The translations under genes and the position numbers were made by a program. Shown in pieces: positions 21,971 to 34,310 of a stretch of 34,310 bases of DNA. Position 1 is the stretch's first letter. Every line of letters starts with the position of its first letter. This DNA comes from Dimargaris cristalligena (taxonomy: Eukaryota), in the NCBI GenBank assembly GCA_003614675.1, contig ML002392.1, positions 1 to 34,310 on the forward strand, in the 5' to 3' direction. The notes under the pieces were generated by a model. That model saw nothing but the letters and a program-made list of their open reading frames with translations, searched no databases and was not told where the DNA came from.

Positions 21971-23161
21971 TGTGAAGCTGTATTGGGTGTGATAATAGTT
22001 CGAGGGTAGTTATTAGGTGATTTGCCACCAGTCTCCGAGCACCCAATAGTACTGACTTGACTATACTTAATCATCCAGGCACATATTTAATCGATACACA
22101 CAACTCTGCTGTAGAAATCCGGCTATTATTAGAGCACCCCCCCTAGCCTGTATGGGCTGGTTTACTATACATATTATACCTACCTATCCATCACCTACTC
22201 AGAAACCCCTTAGACAGTTTCGAATTTCACCGCGAACAAACACGTCAACATGTTTTATATATCCGAGTCGGTCTGACCGCATTATAAACCATATATGCCT
22301 GGTGCCCTCCGAACCCCCCTTTTAGAACCCCACCACATAACCCATGTACTGGTACCACATTTAATAGACGTATACTACAGCTTAGCCAACTGCTCACCCC
22401 CGCCGCTATTATTTTTGGAAGTAACATACCTTTTGAAACCTACTTTTATTATTATACATACATATTTTTCACCCCCATACTTTAAACGACCAACTCAATT
22501 ATGTATATCTTCTAATGCAAAGTTCAATGCTGGATCTTGGTGCTCCCTTTGGGACCATTGGTAATCATGAGCATGTGTAGCACCCTAATATCTCGGGGCT
22601 AGCCCTCTTTATACCTAAACTTGCTAAGGCCTCCTGGTGACGGGTCAAGTGTAGGAGCGAGCAAGTAACCCAACAAAGGGATCCACCACGACTAGTCTCG
22701 CTGACTAAAATTCAAGATATTGCTACATGCTGACATAGGTCTGTATGTCCTGCTTCGATATCCGTATGTTTACAAGTATGATGGACAGAAGCCCAAGTCC
22801 CTCTCCAATTGTTTATCTTCGAGATTAAATGGGCAGCTGGACTGCCAAACTAACGAGATGGGGTTACTTACGGGTGATGCTTGTGATGTGTGTGGTCTTC
22901 GTTTCCATTTTTAAGGGACTATAATTTGGTATAACGGTCACGTGGTATTTCGTTTAGGAAGTGGCTCGACTGGCGAAACGACCCGTCCCGAAATTGTCGC
23001 CGCATTCCAACTTTATGGTCAAAGCTCATTCGAGTAATCCAGCCTTGACTCTGGCGCACTCGGCATTGCCATTCTAATCGAACCCCGTTTCCCTAAACCT
23101 GGCCCTGAACCATTTTAACTGCACAGCCACACGACCCGGTATAGTTCATCCCCCCTTCACC

Positions 23162-25597
23162 ATGCCGGCTCCACTTCGAAGTCTTCTTCGCCTTCGAGTC
23201 CAGCGATTCCAGTCTACAAGGCAATCGACTACCGAGCGGCCCTTTTCAACCTCACCGCGGACCCTTAACCACCAGCCCGTACTACTCAAAGAGGTGCTCG
23301 AACAGCTCAGTCCCCAGTCGGGCGGATGGTATCTGGATACTACTTTTGGGGAAGGCGGCTACTCCAAGGCCCTTTTGGATCGGTAAAGTCTTCAATTGCT
23401 AATGTATTTTAACGGCCATCAGCCGATTCCGGCTTAGCTATCGGCAGTTTCATTGTATAAGTATATTATTGTCCGTATGGATCCTGACCACTCCTACCTC
23501 CCCCCTGACACTAAGGCTGTTTTATAATCACTTATTAATATAGCTGTGACTGCAAAGTAATGGCGATTGATCAGGATCCATTTGCTATTGAAAAAGCCCA
23601 GGCCTTAGCCGACCGTCCCGAGTATCGGTAAGTCATTATGTAATGCGGCACTGGGAAATTCATACATGCACCTCGGATCATATGGGATGCCTTATCTTTG
23701 AGGACTTTGGGGCCCATTGATCATATATTATTTTTATTGTTGTTCGCGCCTATTTAGTTTCTTATTATTATTTTGGTTAATGCTTTTAAAAATAATTTTT
23801 CGTTTGTAAATGCACCTTCGATATGACTCATCTCCCTTTTTATCCACCCCTCTATTCAATAAATGGATCAATATTGACACGCCCTTTAACAATTGGTAGC
23901 GGTCGATTACGACCCATCCTAGGCCGTTTTAGCGATATCAGGCGCTTAGCTGTTGAAACGTTTCAGTCCTCGTAAGTCGTCTATATAAGTAAAGATTTGT
24001 CATTTGGGCACGCGGCACATCCAACGGAGCATTTGAATAGCATCATTCAATTGTCTGCTTTGCTTCGGTTTATTAAATTCTCTTCCATCGCTGGCATGAT
24101 GTCAACACCGTATGCCCCCGTATATTCCGACTTCACCATTATCGAACGCCCCGGGCAATTAGAGAACCCCATTTTTCCGGAATTGTCTACGATATCGGAA
24201 TCTGCAGTAGCCAGGTAAAGTCCCCTGTGGTTTAATACAAACCCATAAAACACTTTGTAAATTGTACACGTTATTCAAAACTCGTCGCTAAAGGATAATG
24301 ATCCGTTTCTACCGTTACTTCCGCTGTTGGTCAACTACGATAGGTGGACGACCCCAGCCGCGGGTTCTCGTACTTAAAAGATGGCCCATTGGATATGCGA
24401 ATGGCTTCGAAGGGGTCTTTGGAAAAGGACGAAGACGCCATCAAACAACGGGTAGGAAGGCGCACTATCCCCGCTTCAGTTGTGGTTAATAATTTTTCAG
24501 TGGACCAAATGGCCCACCTATTTCGAGTGGTAAGTCTCTGGTCGGGTGCAAGTGCTTACAATAGAGGCCACTGTAATTCTGACGTTCAACGAATCCGATA
24601 AGGTTTTTATTTGGCCAGCCCGTCCGTATTTTAGCTGGACTATTCCGCCGAAAACACTGTGCTATACTCTATCAAGGATAAACATTCCCAGTAGCTCACA
24701 GAACGTTCACTGGCATACTTTCGATTAGCGGTTTGGCTTATTATTTTATTTATTTTTTTGATATCTGCCTTTGTACAAAAACAGTATGGCGAGGAGAAGT
24801 TCGCCACCCGGATTGCCCAAGAAATAGATGCTGCTCGCCAACAGCAGATGATTAGTACTACCCAACAATTAGCCGAGGTGGTGTACCGGGCAGTTCCCCA
24901 TAGTCTCCGCCAACTGAGTCGTGATAACAAAACATGGCGCAATCCGGCGGCCCGGGTTTTCCAAAGGTAATATCTATTCCAAATATTAATAACCGCGCTG
25001 AGGTACCAGCTTTCTCTTCTTCCCGACGATTCAAAACTCCATCCTCCTTTCGCATTTTTTAAGCGAGGATTGTCTAACTTTGTATTGCCCTGTTATATAT
25101 ATATACCATTGAATGCCCACCGGGATTACCTTCATACTAGCCTTCGCATTTACGTTAATGATGAATTGGGCGAACTGCAGAGAAGTCTACAGGACGCCTA
25201 TGACCTAGTGACACCCGGCGGTCGAGTGGTGGTGGTCACTTTCCACTCACTTGAGGATGCGCTTGTTAAAAGGGCCTTTCTGGAACGCCAGAACGGCAGC
25301 ACGCTAGGTGAGTTATTGGCTCGGACATTGAATCCTCCCACACTATACCCAAATGCCCATTGAATAGACAAACCCACGCAATCCAATTATCACTAATATC
25401 ACTAGGTGCTCCCTATTATTTGCGTATACTCTATAGAAGACAACACCGGCTCACCGGACACGGCACCACCGTCATATACGGTACTGACCAGAAAAGTGAT
25501 TAAACCGACATCTGATGAATGCGCCCATAACCCCCGGGCTCGCTCGGCCAAAATGCGGGTCATTCAACGGGCGCCTGAAGAATCACCTGTTAATTAA
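23162..25597 (+). CDS. METTL15: Mitochondrial small-subunit rRNA m4C methyltransferase, RsmH/MraW/METTL15 family; 8 exons, about 374 aa
   Basis: Exons 23162-23382, 23544-23627, 23900-23971, 24163-24214, 24344-24529, 24785-24966, 25141-25307 and 25437-25597 join in frame. Motifs: [88 protein letters not shown]. The N-terminus is Arg/Ser-rich and presequence-like. Confidence 0.93.
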
Positions 25598-25932
25598 TTC
25601 CAAGGACCCTGATTAACTTTTAAATCCCTATCCGAATTTAATAGGGGATATCCTTAATAAACCTACTATAGCCCCAATTAAATGGATATTCGATCCACTA
25701 AAAGAACTCTTCAAGGGGCAGAAAACAGATGACTGGAAGTGCCGTTTGGTTTGTTTCTGGCGCTTGGCCAATATCAATTTGGATGGGCCAGGCTTGGTGA
25801 TTTAAACCAGGAGATACGAAGGGGACTTGGTTTGGCAGCTAGGGGTATAGCAAGCCGGTCTATATACTTTGCCCGGCGGCTTCCCCGGTCTTCCAACCCA
25901 GCTCTTCTTTCTTTACCTTTATACATTCAGCC

Positions 25933-26822
25933 ATGTCAACTCCTCGTAAAAACATTCTCATTACCGGTTTCGAGGTAAGTTGTCACACCCTAGTCACAGC
26001 CAGAGCCGATACTAGCTGCCTCGACTGAAGACGCTTTGCTTCTTTGCTCACCGGGGCCTCCCTCCTCCATGGGACCATTTGGCTAAAGCACATGTTATGT
26101 TACTCTACGGGCCCTGCATTTCCCTCCATTGACAGCCCTTCGGCACCCCTCGACCTGCGACCAACTCCAGCTGGGAGGCCATCAAAGGTCTCGAGGGTTT
26201 GGAAATTCCCGTATTTCACGGGGGCAAACTGAGTGTGCTCCGCGTCCACGTCCACCGCCTCCCGGTGGAGTACGACGGGGTACTCCAGGCCGTGCGCGAC
26301 CTACATCTCCCGACGGAAGGGAATAGTCCCCACTACGACTTCTATATCCATGTGGGACAAGCTAAGCCCGACCAGTGCGCCCTCGAACAGTTCGCCCGTA
26401 GAACCGGCTATGTCCGGGCCGACAACCACGGCAAGTCCCTGCCCGACCAACAGTGTCCCCCGTTAGGGGGTGAGCCCATGCCCACCCGGTTCGAGTCGAC
26501 GGTCAGTGTTGCCGGGCTGGCCCAGTACCTCCGGGATGTCTGTCAGCAGCCGCTGGTTCATGCGTCCAATGACGCGGGCCTCTATCTGTGCGAGTTCACG
26601 TACTACGTTTCCATGTATTACCAGTGGCAGCATACCCGAGCCCAGGGGCAACATTTGACTACCCCTGAGGAGCCGCCATCTTCATCTTCAGTGCCAGTAG
26701 GCAACGTACTGTTTATCCACATTCCACCCGAGAACCAGCCAATGTCCCTCGACCAGTCGCGGGCGCTTATTCTGTCTACTCTACAGTGGGTCGGGCAGGA
26801 AATGCCGACCGCCAAGTCCTAG
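25933..26822 (+). CDS. Pyroglutamyl-peptidase I (peptidase C15), 2 exons, about 242 aa
   Basis: Exon 25933-25974 (MSTPRKNILITGFE) joins exon 26136-26822 (PFG...NSSWEAI). Motifs HRLPVEY and IHVG. The catalytic Glu-Cys-His residues lie in ALEQFARRTGY, DAGLYLCEFTYY and FIHIP. Confidence 0.92.
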
Positions 26823-28106
26823 TTATCCGATTTAGCCCATAAGATAAAGAGGACTCTGCATGGAGGGGGGATAGTTTAGAGGGCCTTGAGGCTAGTTGTC
26901 CCCATGTAAGCGTGAGCGGACTAATCTGGGTGGATATTAGTCACTACCAGGGGATCTAGATCCATTTGAGGAAGAAGGTTGGGTAAGGGGGGGGGATAAC
27001 ATACTGTTATCTTGTGGCCAATAAAGTAAAATCCACCCGAATAGATTACAAAGGATCTAAATATTAAACATTTTAGCCTGGCCACCAATGGGCTAACTAC
27101 ATCGTGATGAAAATCCCATTATGGACCATCCGAGGTCTCTCTCATGACGTATAGCGACCTTTCATTGGTTCTAATCCTACATATTCCAACGATTCCCAGG
27201 CTCTAAGCTGAACCAACCCAGACAATTGCCTCGTTAGGACCTGTATGCATTGCCTCTGCCCTGGCTTGCTATTCGGGATATCGGGTCACCGGATATCCAC
27301 AGGGAGGGTTGGCTGAGCCAGATGCAATTGCCTCAACCCAATTTAGAGAACGGGCGAGTCATTAAGCCATAATAGGGACGTATGCGTGGTTGAGTAAATG
27401 GATATAGTACGGCGGCGATAGCGATGGAAACAGCCCGTACCGCTTAATTGCAGGGCGGGTGGAGAGTCAATCGTGATATTAGAATGATGGAATGTTTATA
27501 TTGCTTGGTGGTGGAATTGATTATAAATACACAAATCATGGGAATGACGAGAAGTGAGAGGGGAAGAGAGATAAGCCAAATATTAAAAAGGAGAGGGCGA
27601 TGAGCAGTCAAGAGTGGATAGGATTCTTTTGGATAAATTGCGACGGAAAGAGAGGAGCACATGCAGCGCGTATCCCCCAACACGCGCGCACGGCCATAAC
27701 AAACGCGAACCAGCTGCTTGTCTATTTTTATGGTGGTGGTCGTTTAAAGTAGTACCATGAATACGGGGGGCAGTAGGATGCAATGGGAAAGGGAGGTGGA
27801 AATGACGATCGTACCCTCCCGAGTTTAAACTCATCGTGAGGGAAAAGAACCGGATATACGGCAGGGTGAGGGGAAATAGAATACCAATGTTAAGGACACA
27901 GCGATGGAATATGGTGCAGTGGAGTTAAATGTATAAGTTTGGCGGGGAAGTTCCAGATTGAAGAATGAAGATTAAGGGCAAAACTAGTCAAGGAAAGCGG
28001 TATAGGAAATCGACCGGCACCCGAATCCCCCAATGCGGGAAATTTGGTTAAAGGTAATATATATCCAACCGTTAGACCTCTGCGCGGTATGTCCAAGGCC
28101 GGCTCT

Positions 28107-29978
28107 CTATGAGGCGAACTGAGCTTTTGGGTGAAGGCCGGGGTTGGCGGATGGAAAAAAAATCTCGTTCATAATATCCATAGCCGGTTCCTCGTAGGTT
28201 GACATGGCATCCGAAGTGAGCGGCTGAGCAACGATACAAAGAAGAGTCGAGTGCAGGGTGGTAGACAGGGATGGGTATATAGTATAGTGGTGCATGGTAG
28301 GAACGTCAGTAGCGGCGATAGATGAGGGGTGCACGGGTGAGTGAACCGAAGGGATAATGCCGGGATGATAAAGTAATACACCCAAAATTAGGGTTAGTAC
28401 GGTCTTATGATAGGGATGGGCGCGTCATGGTCAAATAGGAACAGCAAGTCACTTAGAGGCATGGGAACACCTGCTAGTCCTAATAATCCTTACTACTACC
28501 TTGTAGTGATGATGAGTGGGGGAATACTAACCAAAAATGGGGAGGAGGCCGACTTGGAGATGGAATAGGGGCGCCGCCTATTGTGACCCATGGCCCCTTC
28601 GTATATCGAGCGATTACCTGGCCGTTGAGAATAGTATATTGGTATTAGATGTTTTAAAAAATAAAAATGGAATAAAAAATGAGGTAATGTAATTAGAATA
28701 TAACATTTGCATAGGTCAATAGTTTCAGGGATCGAACAAGCACATTCTATCGTATCGAGAGTTTCTAAGGACCATCCAAAAAGAGGCCCTTGCTTGCCCC
28801 CCCCATCAACAATAGTGTGGTAATCGCACCTGTATGACTTGGCCCACCATAATGCAAACAATTGTCAAGCCGGTGCAGCACCATGGGTTGGATTGGACGC
28901 GGAGAATAAGGGAAGTGCGATTGAGGATCCTAGGCCAATCAATATACACATTTACTTACGGGGCTTGAATTTAGGATGTAGTGTAGGGGTCGACATATCG
29001 GCAAGGGCCGAGGGCAATTGCTGTTTTTTGAGGGATGGGCTGGTGTGAAAACGGGGGTAACATCATCAATTAATCGGGATAGATTAGAACCATGGACTGG
29101 ATTGGAAACGGTGGAGATTGTCAGAAAATGGAGACATAGAGCGGAGGACGGGCAGGAGAGAAGGGTGAGAAAATAAAGCAACTTACGTTTTATAGCGAGT
29201 ATCTCCGCCGGTTTGCTTCATATCAACGGTGATCTGGAGAGCGGAAGAGAGATATAAGGAGCAAGTAGAATTCGGGGAATCGGAAATATAATCAGCAACA
29301 CTAGCGAATAAAACATAGAATTAGAAGCGGGGTAGGTAAAAGGGTCGGGGAATGATTCAAGATAAAATCAAGTACCTTGATGGTTGAATTGGATTTGGAT
29401 TCTTGAAGTAGATAGCGGCGGGTAGTTTGGCCCTCCTTGGCGTACTCGGCAAGGTTGATGGACAAAACGCCCAGGTTGCGGGGATTCTCCTGGTTCATTT
29501 CCTGCCGAATACACAGATGGAGCTCACAGGGGGAGAGCATACCGTCTTTGCCGATGACCAGATCCATTTTCTTGGAAGCGGTTTGATTCCATTCCACACG
29601 GTGACCCGATATAGGGGCTCTGTTAAGGACCCAGGCAAACAGCATTATATTATATATACGTGGTTAGGTGTGAGTCATGACTATCATCGAGCCAGCCTAT
29701 TAAACTAACCCCCTGCACTCTAAACCAAACCACCCGGTGAATTTCTTGGGAGGAACTCCAGATAATATGTGGGGAACCACCACCCCCCCTCTCTCGATAC
29801 TGTATGAAGGCACTTACCGATGGGTATATCCGGTGGTGGAGGTGCCGTTTTTGAGGCGCCATTTGACGAAGAAAGTACCACTTACGAGCGGGACATTGAT
29901 GAGTTCGTGCAGGGTTATGTTGACGTCGAAATTGACTAGGCGGTGCTTGGAAATAAACCAATGGTAGAGGGCCTGCAT
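28107..29978 (-). CDS. NT-C2 domain protein (EEIG1/EHBP1 N-terminal C2 family), about 6 exons, about 244 aa
   Basis: Exons 29978-29818, 29619-29376, 29233-29187, 29039-28960, 28617-28532 and 28223-28107 join in frame. Motifs: LHELINVPLVSGTFFVKW, HRVEWN, LGVLSINLAEY, RRYLLQESKSNSTIKITVDM. The last two exons are less certain. Confidence 0.85.
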
Positions 29979-30483
29979 ATTGGCGCGGTTGAGGAGCGGC
30001 ACTCGGCAAACACCGAAGCAGAATGGGCTGGGTAGGAGCAGGGGAAAGAGATAAGGAACGGGAAAGGGAGGGTCCTCTGGTCAGGGGATCGGCGAGTGGG
30101 GTGGGACGAGATGACAGAAAGAGAAAGAAAAGGCTGGGTGACGCGACACGACTTGACTTGGCCCGAAGGGTTAGGACGGCGTAAGCTAGAAAAGGAAACG
30201 AGTAGGGAGTTGGAGTCTCAAATAACGGACGAGGGTGGTCGAAAGTGGCACCAAGTAGACCCGAAAAGGAAAGAAACGGGAGAGAGGGACTGTGTATGTG
30301 GGTGGGTCGGAGTATGAAAGCCCGGAGTTATAAGAGGGCCAAATAAAACAAGAAAAGGAAAGGAAAGGGAGAGAGAAAGGTAGAAGGAGGAAAGCGGGCA
30401 TATATAGCATATATAGCATAGGCGGAGCCTTAGGTTAAGTGTAGCTTGAGACTATATGCAACGACCCATCACGCGGCAATACT

Positions 30484-30519
<36 letters not shown>

Positions 30520-30642
30520 ATATCATCCCACCCGAATGCCACTTTACTCTACTTTACTTTACTTTGATCATCACTAGCAATAGTCTAAATCCAGCCAACG
30601 GCCCCCATGATTAACTATATGATTATGATTATGATTATTATT
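30484..30642. repeat. Compound simple repeats: (TC)n(AT)9, (ACTTT)n, (ATGATT)3
   Basis: Directly visible at 30484-30518, 30541-30565 and 30619-30636. Confidence 0.85.
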
Positions 30643-31018
30643 CAGAGGGGCGGGCATGGCTTAGCCGATTAATTGACAAGCAGGCTGGAAGTCACTAACT
30701 TACTTACTTGTTCGAGGATCAGCAGGCCACCACCACCACCTTATACCCCCATTAATCCTGTATGGCCATGCCCTAATAAATAAGTGCCATCCCACCCCTC
30801 TCGATTCGACTATTAGTAAGGAAGAATCCCCCTGCCGAGTCAATCCCTTCGCTTCCTTAACCCTCTATCTTCTGATCCCCTCACTGTGAATTTCCTTAAC
30901 CCTATTGTCTTGTCTTCTCTTATACTATACCTACAATCAGGCCACCCTGGCTGTCCCTAAAAGGAAAGGCAACGGGAAATGCACGCCTCCTACTCCCAAA
31001 GTTCCTCGAAAATGTCTC

Positions 31019-31058
31019 CACACACACACACACACACACTCTCTCTCTCTCTCTCTCT
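31019..31058. repeat. Compound microsatellite (CA)10(CT)10
   Basis: Directly visible in the sequence. Confidence 0.9.
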
Positions 31059-32285
31059 TGGTCTTTCTATCTCATCAAATATCCATCCACTCCTGGCCTC
31101 CCAGGTACTGTGTCGCCCCCCGCTGTAGCCGCCATCATCACCCCCACAACTTGGTTCCCCTCCCCTGATTTGCTTACCCAATGGTCTTGGGTACCCGTCA
31201 AGTAGCCCACCAGTTAGGCTATGGAGGCATGGCATTTTCTAGATCATCGGCCAGGTCACTGCCCATACTAGCAGCCACCACAGCTCAAAGTCGGCGGAGT
31301 TGGTCGGCTTGAAAACCCGCTGAGCCTTCCCGACAAAATGATCGCCCAACCCTGGGTGGGTACCTGCATATGCACTGTCATGTCGACTGGCTAGTTGATG
31401 GATTTATTCAATTCGAGTGATTGGAAAGAAAAATACTCTATTGGAAGGTGTAATGGGTGCATTGTATACACATAGTCTTATCAATATAATAATGTAACAC
31501 ACACACATTCAGACGTATATCTAAAAGTATAAAATAAAAATAAAAGTAAAGTAAATATTCAAGACTTCCACTACAAGACAAGTCTAGCCCCATTACACCA
31601 AACGATTGATTATACAAGGTCTCCAAAAAATATTGAGAAATAAAAGAAACGCAAACTACCCCACATAATCGGTAGATATGAAATATGGCAACTACTACGA
31701 ATAAAATAATGCACCGGGTCAATAATACGTGGCCCGGTCCACCATACGCTAATAGTATCAACTAGGGATAGATAGTAAAATAATACTAATAAAAGTAAAA
31801 GTAGTAAAAAACGGCCAGAATATTCCAATTTGGTGTTGGTAGGCCACATAGGCTGCCTTACATTCTTTGAGCAGAACTAGTAGATGAAAATGAAAAGAAT
31901 AGGCAAAACCGAAGAATAATAAAAAAGGTACATAGATACAGCATAATGTGCAAGCTCTAAAGTAGGTTAATTCAAGTGGATGCTGGGTGGTGTGTTTTTT
32001 GTATTTTTTTTAAAAAAAGGGGGAGGATTTAACTTCTCACCGAATCCAATCTAAATAGGTACTTCCCCCACCCTACTAACTGGCCAACCTCCTTCATCAG
32101 TAGGGCCAGTGATTTCCATCACTGATCCTTGGCTGCGAACAATCAGTACGCTGTGGGCACGCTATCATGCGAGTGATAATAGCAACTGAAGGGATTTACA
32201 ATGGAGGGAAGAAACATGGAGGTGCCTACCCCTCACTAGCCCGATGACCGGCATCTGAGCTGGGAGAAGGTTGTCTCACACCTAC

Positions 32286-34310
32286 CTAGCGAGGTATGTG
32301 TGGGTTCGGCTCCTCCTTAAGCCAAATACGGGCCTTGAATGTTTTGTAAAGGTCTCGCACCAAGTCACGGAAATCAACCCGACGGTCAGTTTGGTACGTG
32401 AAAATCAGTTTTTGGCGGTCCCTAGGTAAAGTTATCGCGACAATAAACCACATTGTGGAGAGGTTAGTAAAAAAATCCCAGAGAGGGGAATACCTGATTG
32501 ACATCCTTCATCATTAGTCATGTCAACCCACGGCTATCCAGAGAGAAGGCGAGAGCGAGTAAATGAGATTGGCGTCCTGGAAGAATACCCCGGAAAATGA
32601 ATCCGGAAATTTCCACCGTTTAGCCATATCTCCCCCGCCCCTTTTCTTCCGCGAGTTTCCAAAAAAATAACCACCAGTTCAAGGGAAAAGGGCTGTGCTA
32701 CAAAATAATATTTGGAACATACCATTGGAATTCAGCGTCTAGAATGCGCATCGGCAAGCCACGCTCTATGGCCTTACTCTGGCAAACGTCCAAAGCCCGG
32801 TTCTCGTCCTGGCGCTGAATCGGGGTTTTGGCCAGGTCGGCCGGGGTGGCCACTCGCTCAATCCGTTTAACGAGCACCTCTTTACAGTTCACGGACGTGT
32901 AAGCAATATGGACCGCTCGGAAGACACAGTACAGCTTAGCATTGCTGGTGCGGAGGGTTTCCACTTCCATTTCGGCGTGCCTGCGAGTGGACGATGAGGC
33001 GTGGGCATACACAAGGCGTTCGGCCTGCTTAAGTTCGTCAAATCGGACATGGTCTTGTCCAATTTCACCCACATCAATACCGCGGTCCCCTTCGCACACC
33101 ACCTTCATCCCAGCCTTCAGCAGCAGTGGGCTATTCCCAGGTAGGTAGTAGATATCCGAGCGACCGGCTTTGAACAGGAGGGTGTACAGGCGGCAGTCGG
33201 ATGCTAGGCGGTTGACGGGGACTCCGCCCGAATCCGTAGACATGAAGCCTGGGTTACTGTGGGGACCGCCTCCACGGGTGGGTGCACCGCTAATCTTGGG
33301 GGGGTAGCTGGGCCGGCAGAGTAGCGGTCCGTAAAACTGGGTTGGACTGGACCAGGCTGCTGGACATATTGAGCTGTCGGTTCAGATCATCCATTAACCC
33401 CCCAGGCCCACTGCCCAGAGGTAAGGGCGGTTCGGCGGAGGGCCCCCCCATCATCCCCGGGTGACCGAAGCCGGCGGGCTGGGTGGAAGGCAAGGGTACA
33501 GCAACCGAGTGCCGGCGGTGTAGTAGGTGAGGCAACATATGAGGCGGACCACCGTTGAAGCTATTAGGGCCGCTTATTTGAGCCCCCAGGGATCCGGTCG
33601 TCGGGACGGAGGAGTAGGTGGGGGCGCCGAAACTCGGGGGGCTGCCCAGGTTGGCTTCAGGGGCCACTGTGAAGCGACGGGAACTGAGGAAAGGAGGCGG
33701 TGGCTGCTGTTGGGGATGGTGGGCTAGGTAGGATCCACCAGCGGGACTCCCCAAAGGGGGGTGGGCGTCCAAGATGTAGTTACCCAAGGGGTGGTGCTGG
33801 GGGGCACCGACCCCCAAGTCAGCGGTGGACACAGGCAGTGAGCCCTGCAGATTGGCGCTCAGGAGCGAATTGGAGCGGGAATGGCTTACGGGCTTGGGAC
33901 TATCCCAGATGGACTCCATATCGCTTAGGCTGGCCAGCGGGGCGGCCGAAAACACGCAGGGGGAGCTATCCAGGCGGAAGGGGGAGGGACCTTTGCCCAT
34001 GGCCTGGTGGTGGGAAATGGACTTGGAACGGGCCCGTTCGAACTGGAGCTGAACAGCCTGGGGGCTCAGGGTAGGCGAATCGGGCGGAGGCTCGAAATAG
34101 TCCTTAGTGATGGAGGAAATGACCTGCTCAATCACGTCGTGGGCGGCTGAGTCGTCGCCCGTGGCATGGGATATGGAGTTGCGCGGGGTCGGGGCCAGGC
34201 GGGGGGCGAAGGCGGGGTTGGCCAGGGAGAGGGAGCGATGGTGGGCGGGTCGAATGGGGGTGGCAGGGCCCCGACGGGGAGGAGACGGGGTAGCCGACCC
34301 TGGCATGGGA
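32286..34310 (-). CDS. PSP1 C-terminal domain protein (yeast Psp1-like) with a long disordered N-terminus; apparent +1 frameshift near 33300; may extend beyond the window
   Basis: Motifs LYTLLFKAGRSDIYY, VVCEGDRGIDVG, LPMRILDAEFQW|DRQKLIFTYQTDRRVDFRDLVRDLYKTFKARIW, with an intron at 32722-32422 (GTATGT...TAG). The upstream Pro/Ser-rich ORF 34306-33290 is out of frame by +1 with the PSP1-domain frame. Confidence 0.85.

Noticed and set aside
22611-22660. ATACCTAAACTTGCTAAGG...GGTGACG...TCAAGTGTAG loosely resembles the 5' ends of U12/U2 snRNA
   Set aside because: It lacks the conserved branch-pairing sequence (AGTAAGGAAAA in U12, GTAGTA in U2) and an obvious Sm site. No U12-type introns were seen in the window.
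22938-22945. GTCACGTG (Cbf1/E-box-like) about 220 bp upstream of the RsmH start
   Set aside because: A single 8-mer with no independent support; plausible but not distinguishable from chance.
23997-24253. Small ORFs on both strands inside the RsmH gene, suggesting a nested gene
   Set aside because: They are explained by intron sequence plus the 52-nt exon 24163-24214 read in other frames.
17551-26822. Idea that the secreted peptide and the pyroglutamyl peptidase form a peptide-processing cluster
   Set aside because: They are 8 kb apart with unrelated housekeeping genes between them. The peptidase has no signal peptide, and no RiPP tailoring enzyme (such as DUF3328) is present.
27261-27321. 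Hairpin considered as a SECIS element
   Set aside because: There is no AUGA/GA quartet, and neither neighbouring gene has an in-frame TGA.

Overview
Eukaryotic, intron-containing genomic DNA from a fungus. GC-rich exons, GT-AG introns and a retained RsmH/METTL15 gene suggest an early-diverging lineage (inference). I can build 12 protein-coding genes, mostly housekeeping: the 3' end of a STE11-type MAPKKK, ribose-5-phosphate isomerase, PAF1, a very large Num1/ApsA cortical dynein anchor, an Sso1-type syntaxin, an 86-aa secreted prepro-peptide, a MARVEL-like membrane protein, a CoA-type Nudix hydrolase, a mitochondrial RsmH/METTL15 methyltransferase, pyroglutamyl-peptidase I, an NT-C2 domain protein and a PSP1-domain protein. 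No tRNA, rRNA, transposon or CRISPR feature was recognised. The most interesting observations are: (1) a small TATA-driven gene built like a peptide-hormone precursor, with a signal peptide, three dibasic sites and a C-terminal two-Cys 21-mer ending in Gly-Arg; (2) about a dozen QT/QV motifs in Num1 that resemble dynein light chain LC8 binding sites; (3) two separate +1 frame breaks, in Num1 and PSP1, each overlapping a C7 proline-codon tract (assembly error or slippage); (4) a possible mitochondrial presequence on ribose-5-phosphate isomerase. Exon structures were derived by hand and have no transcript support.
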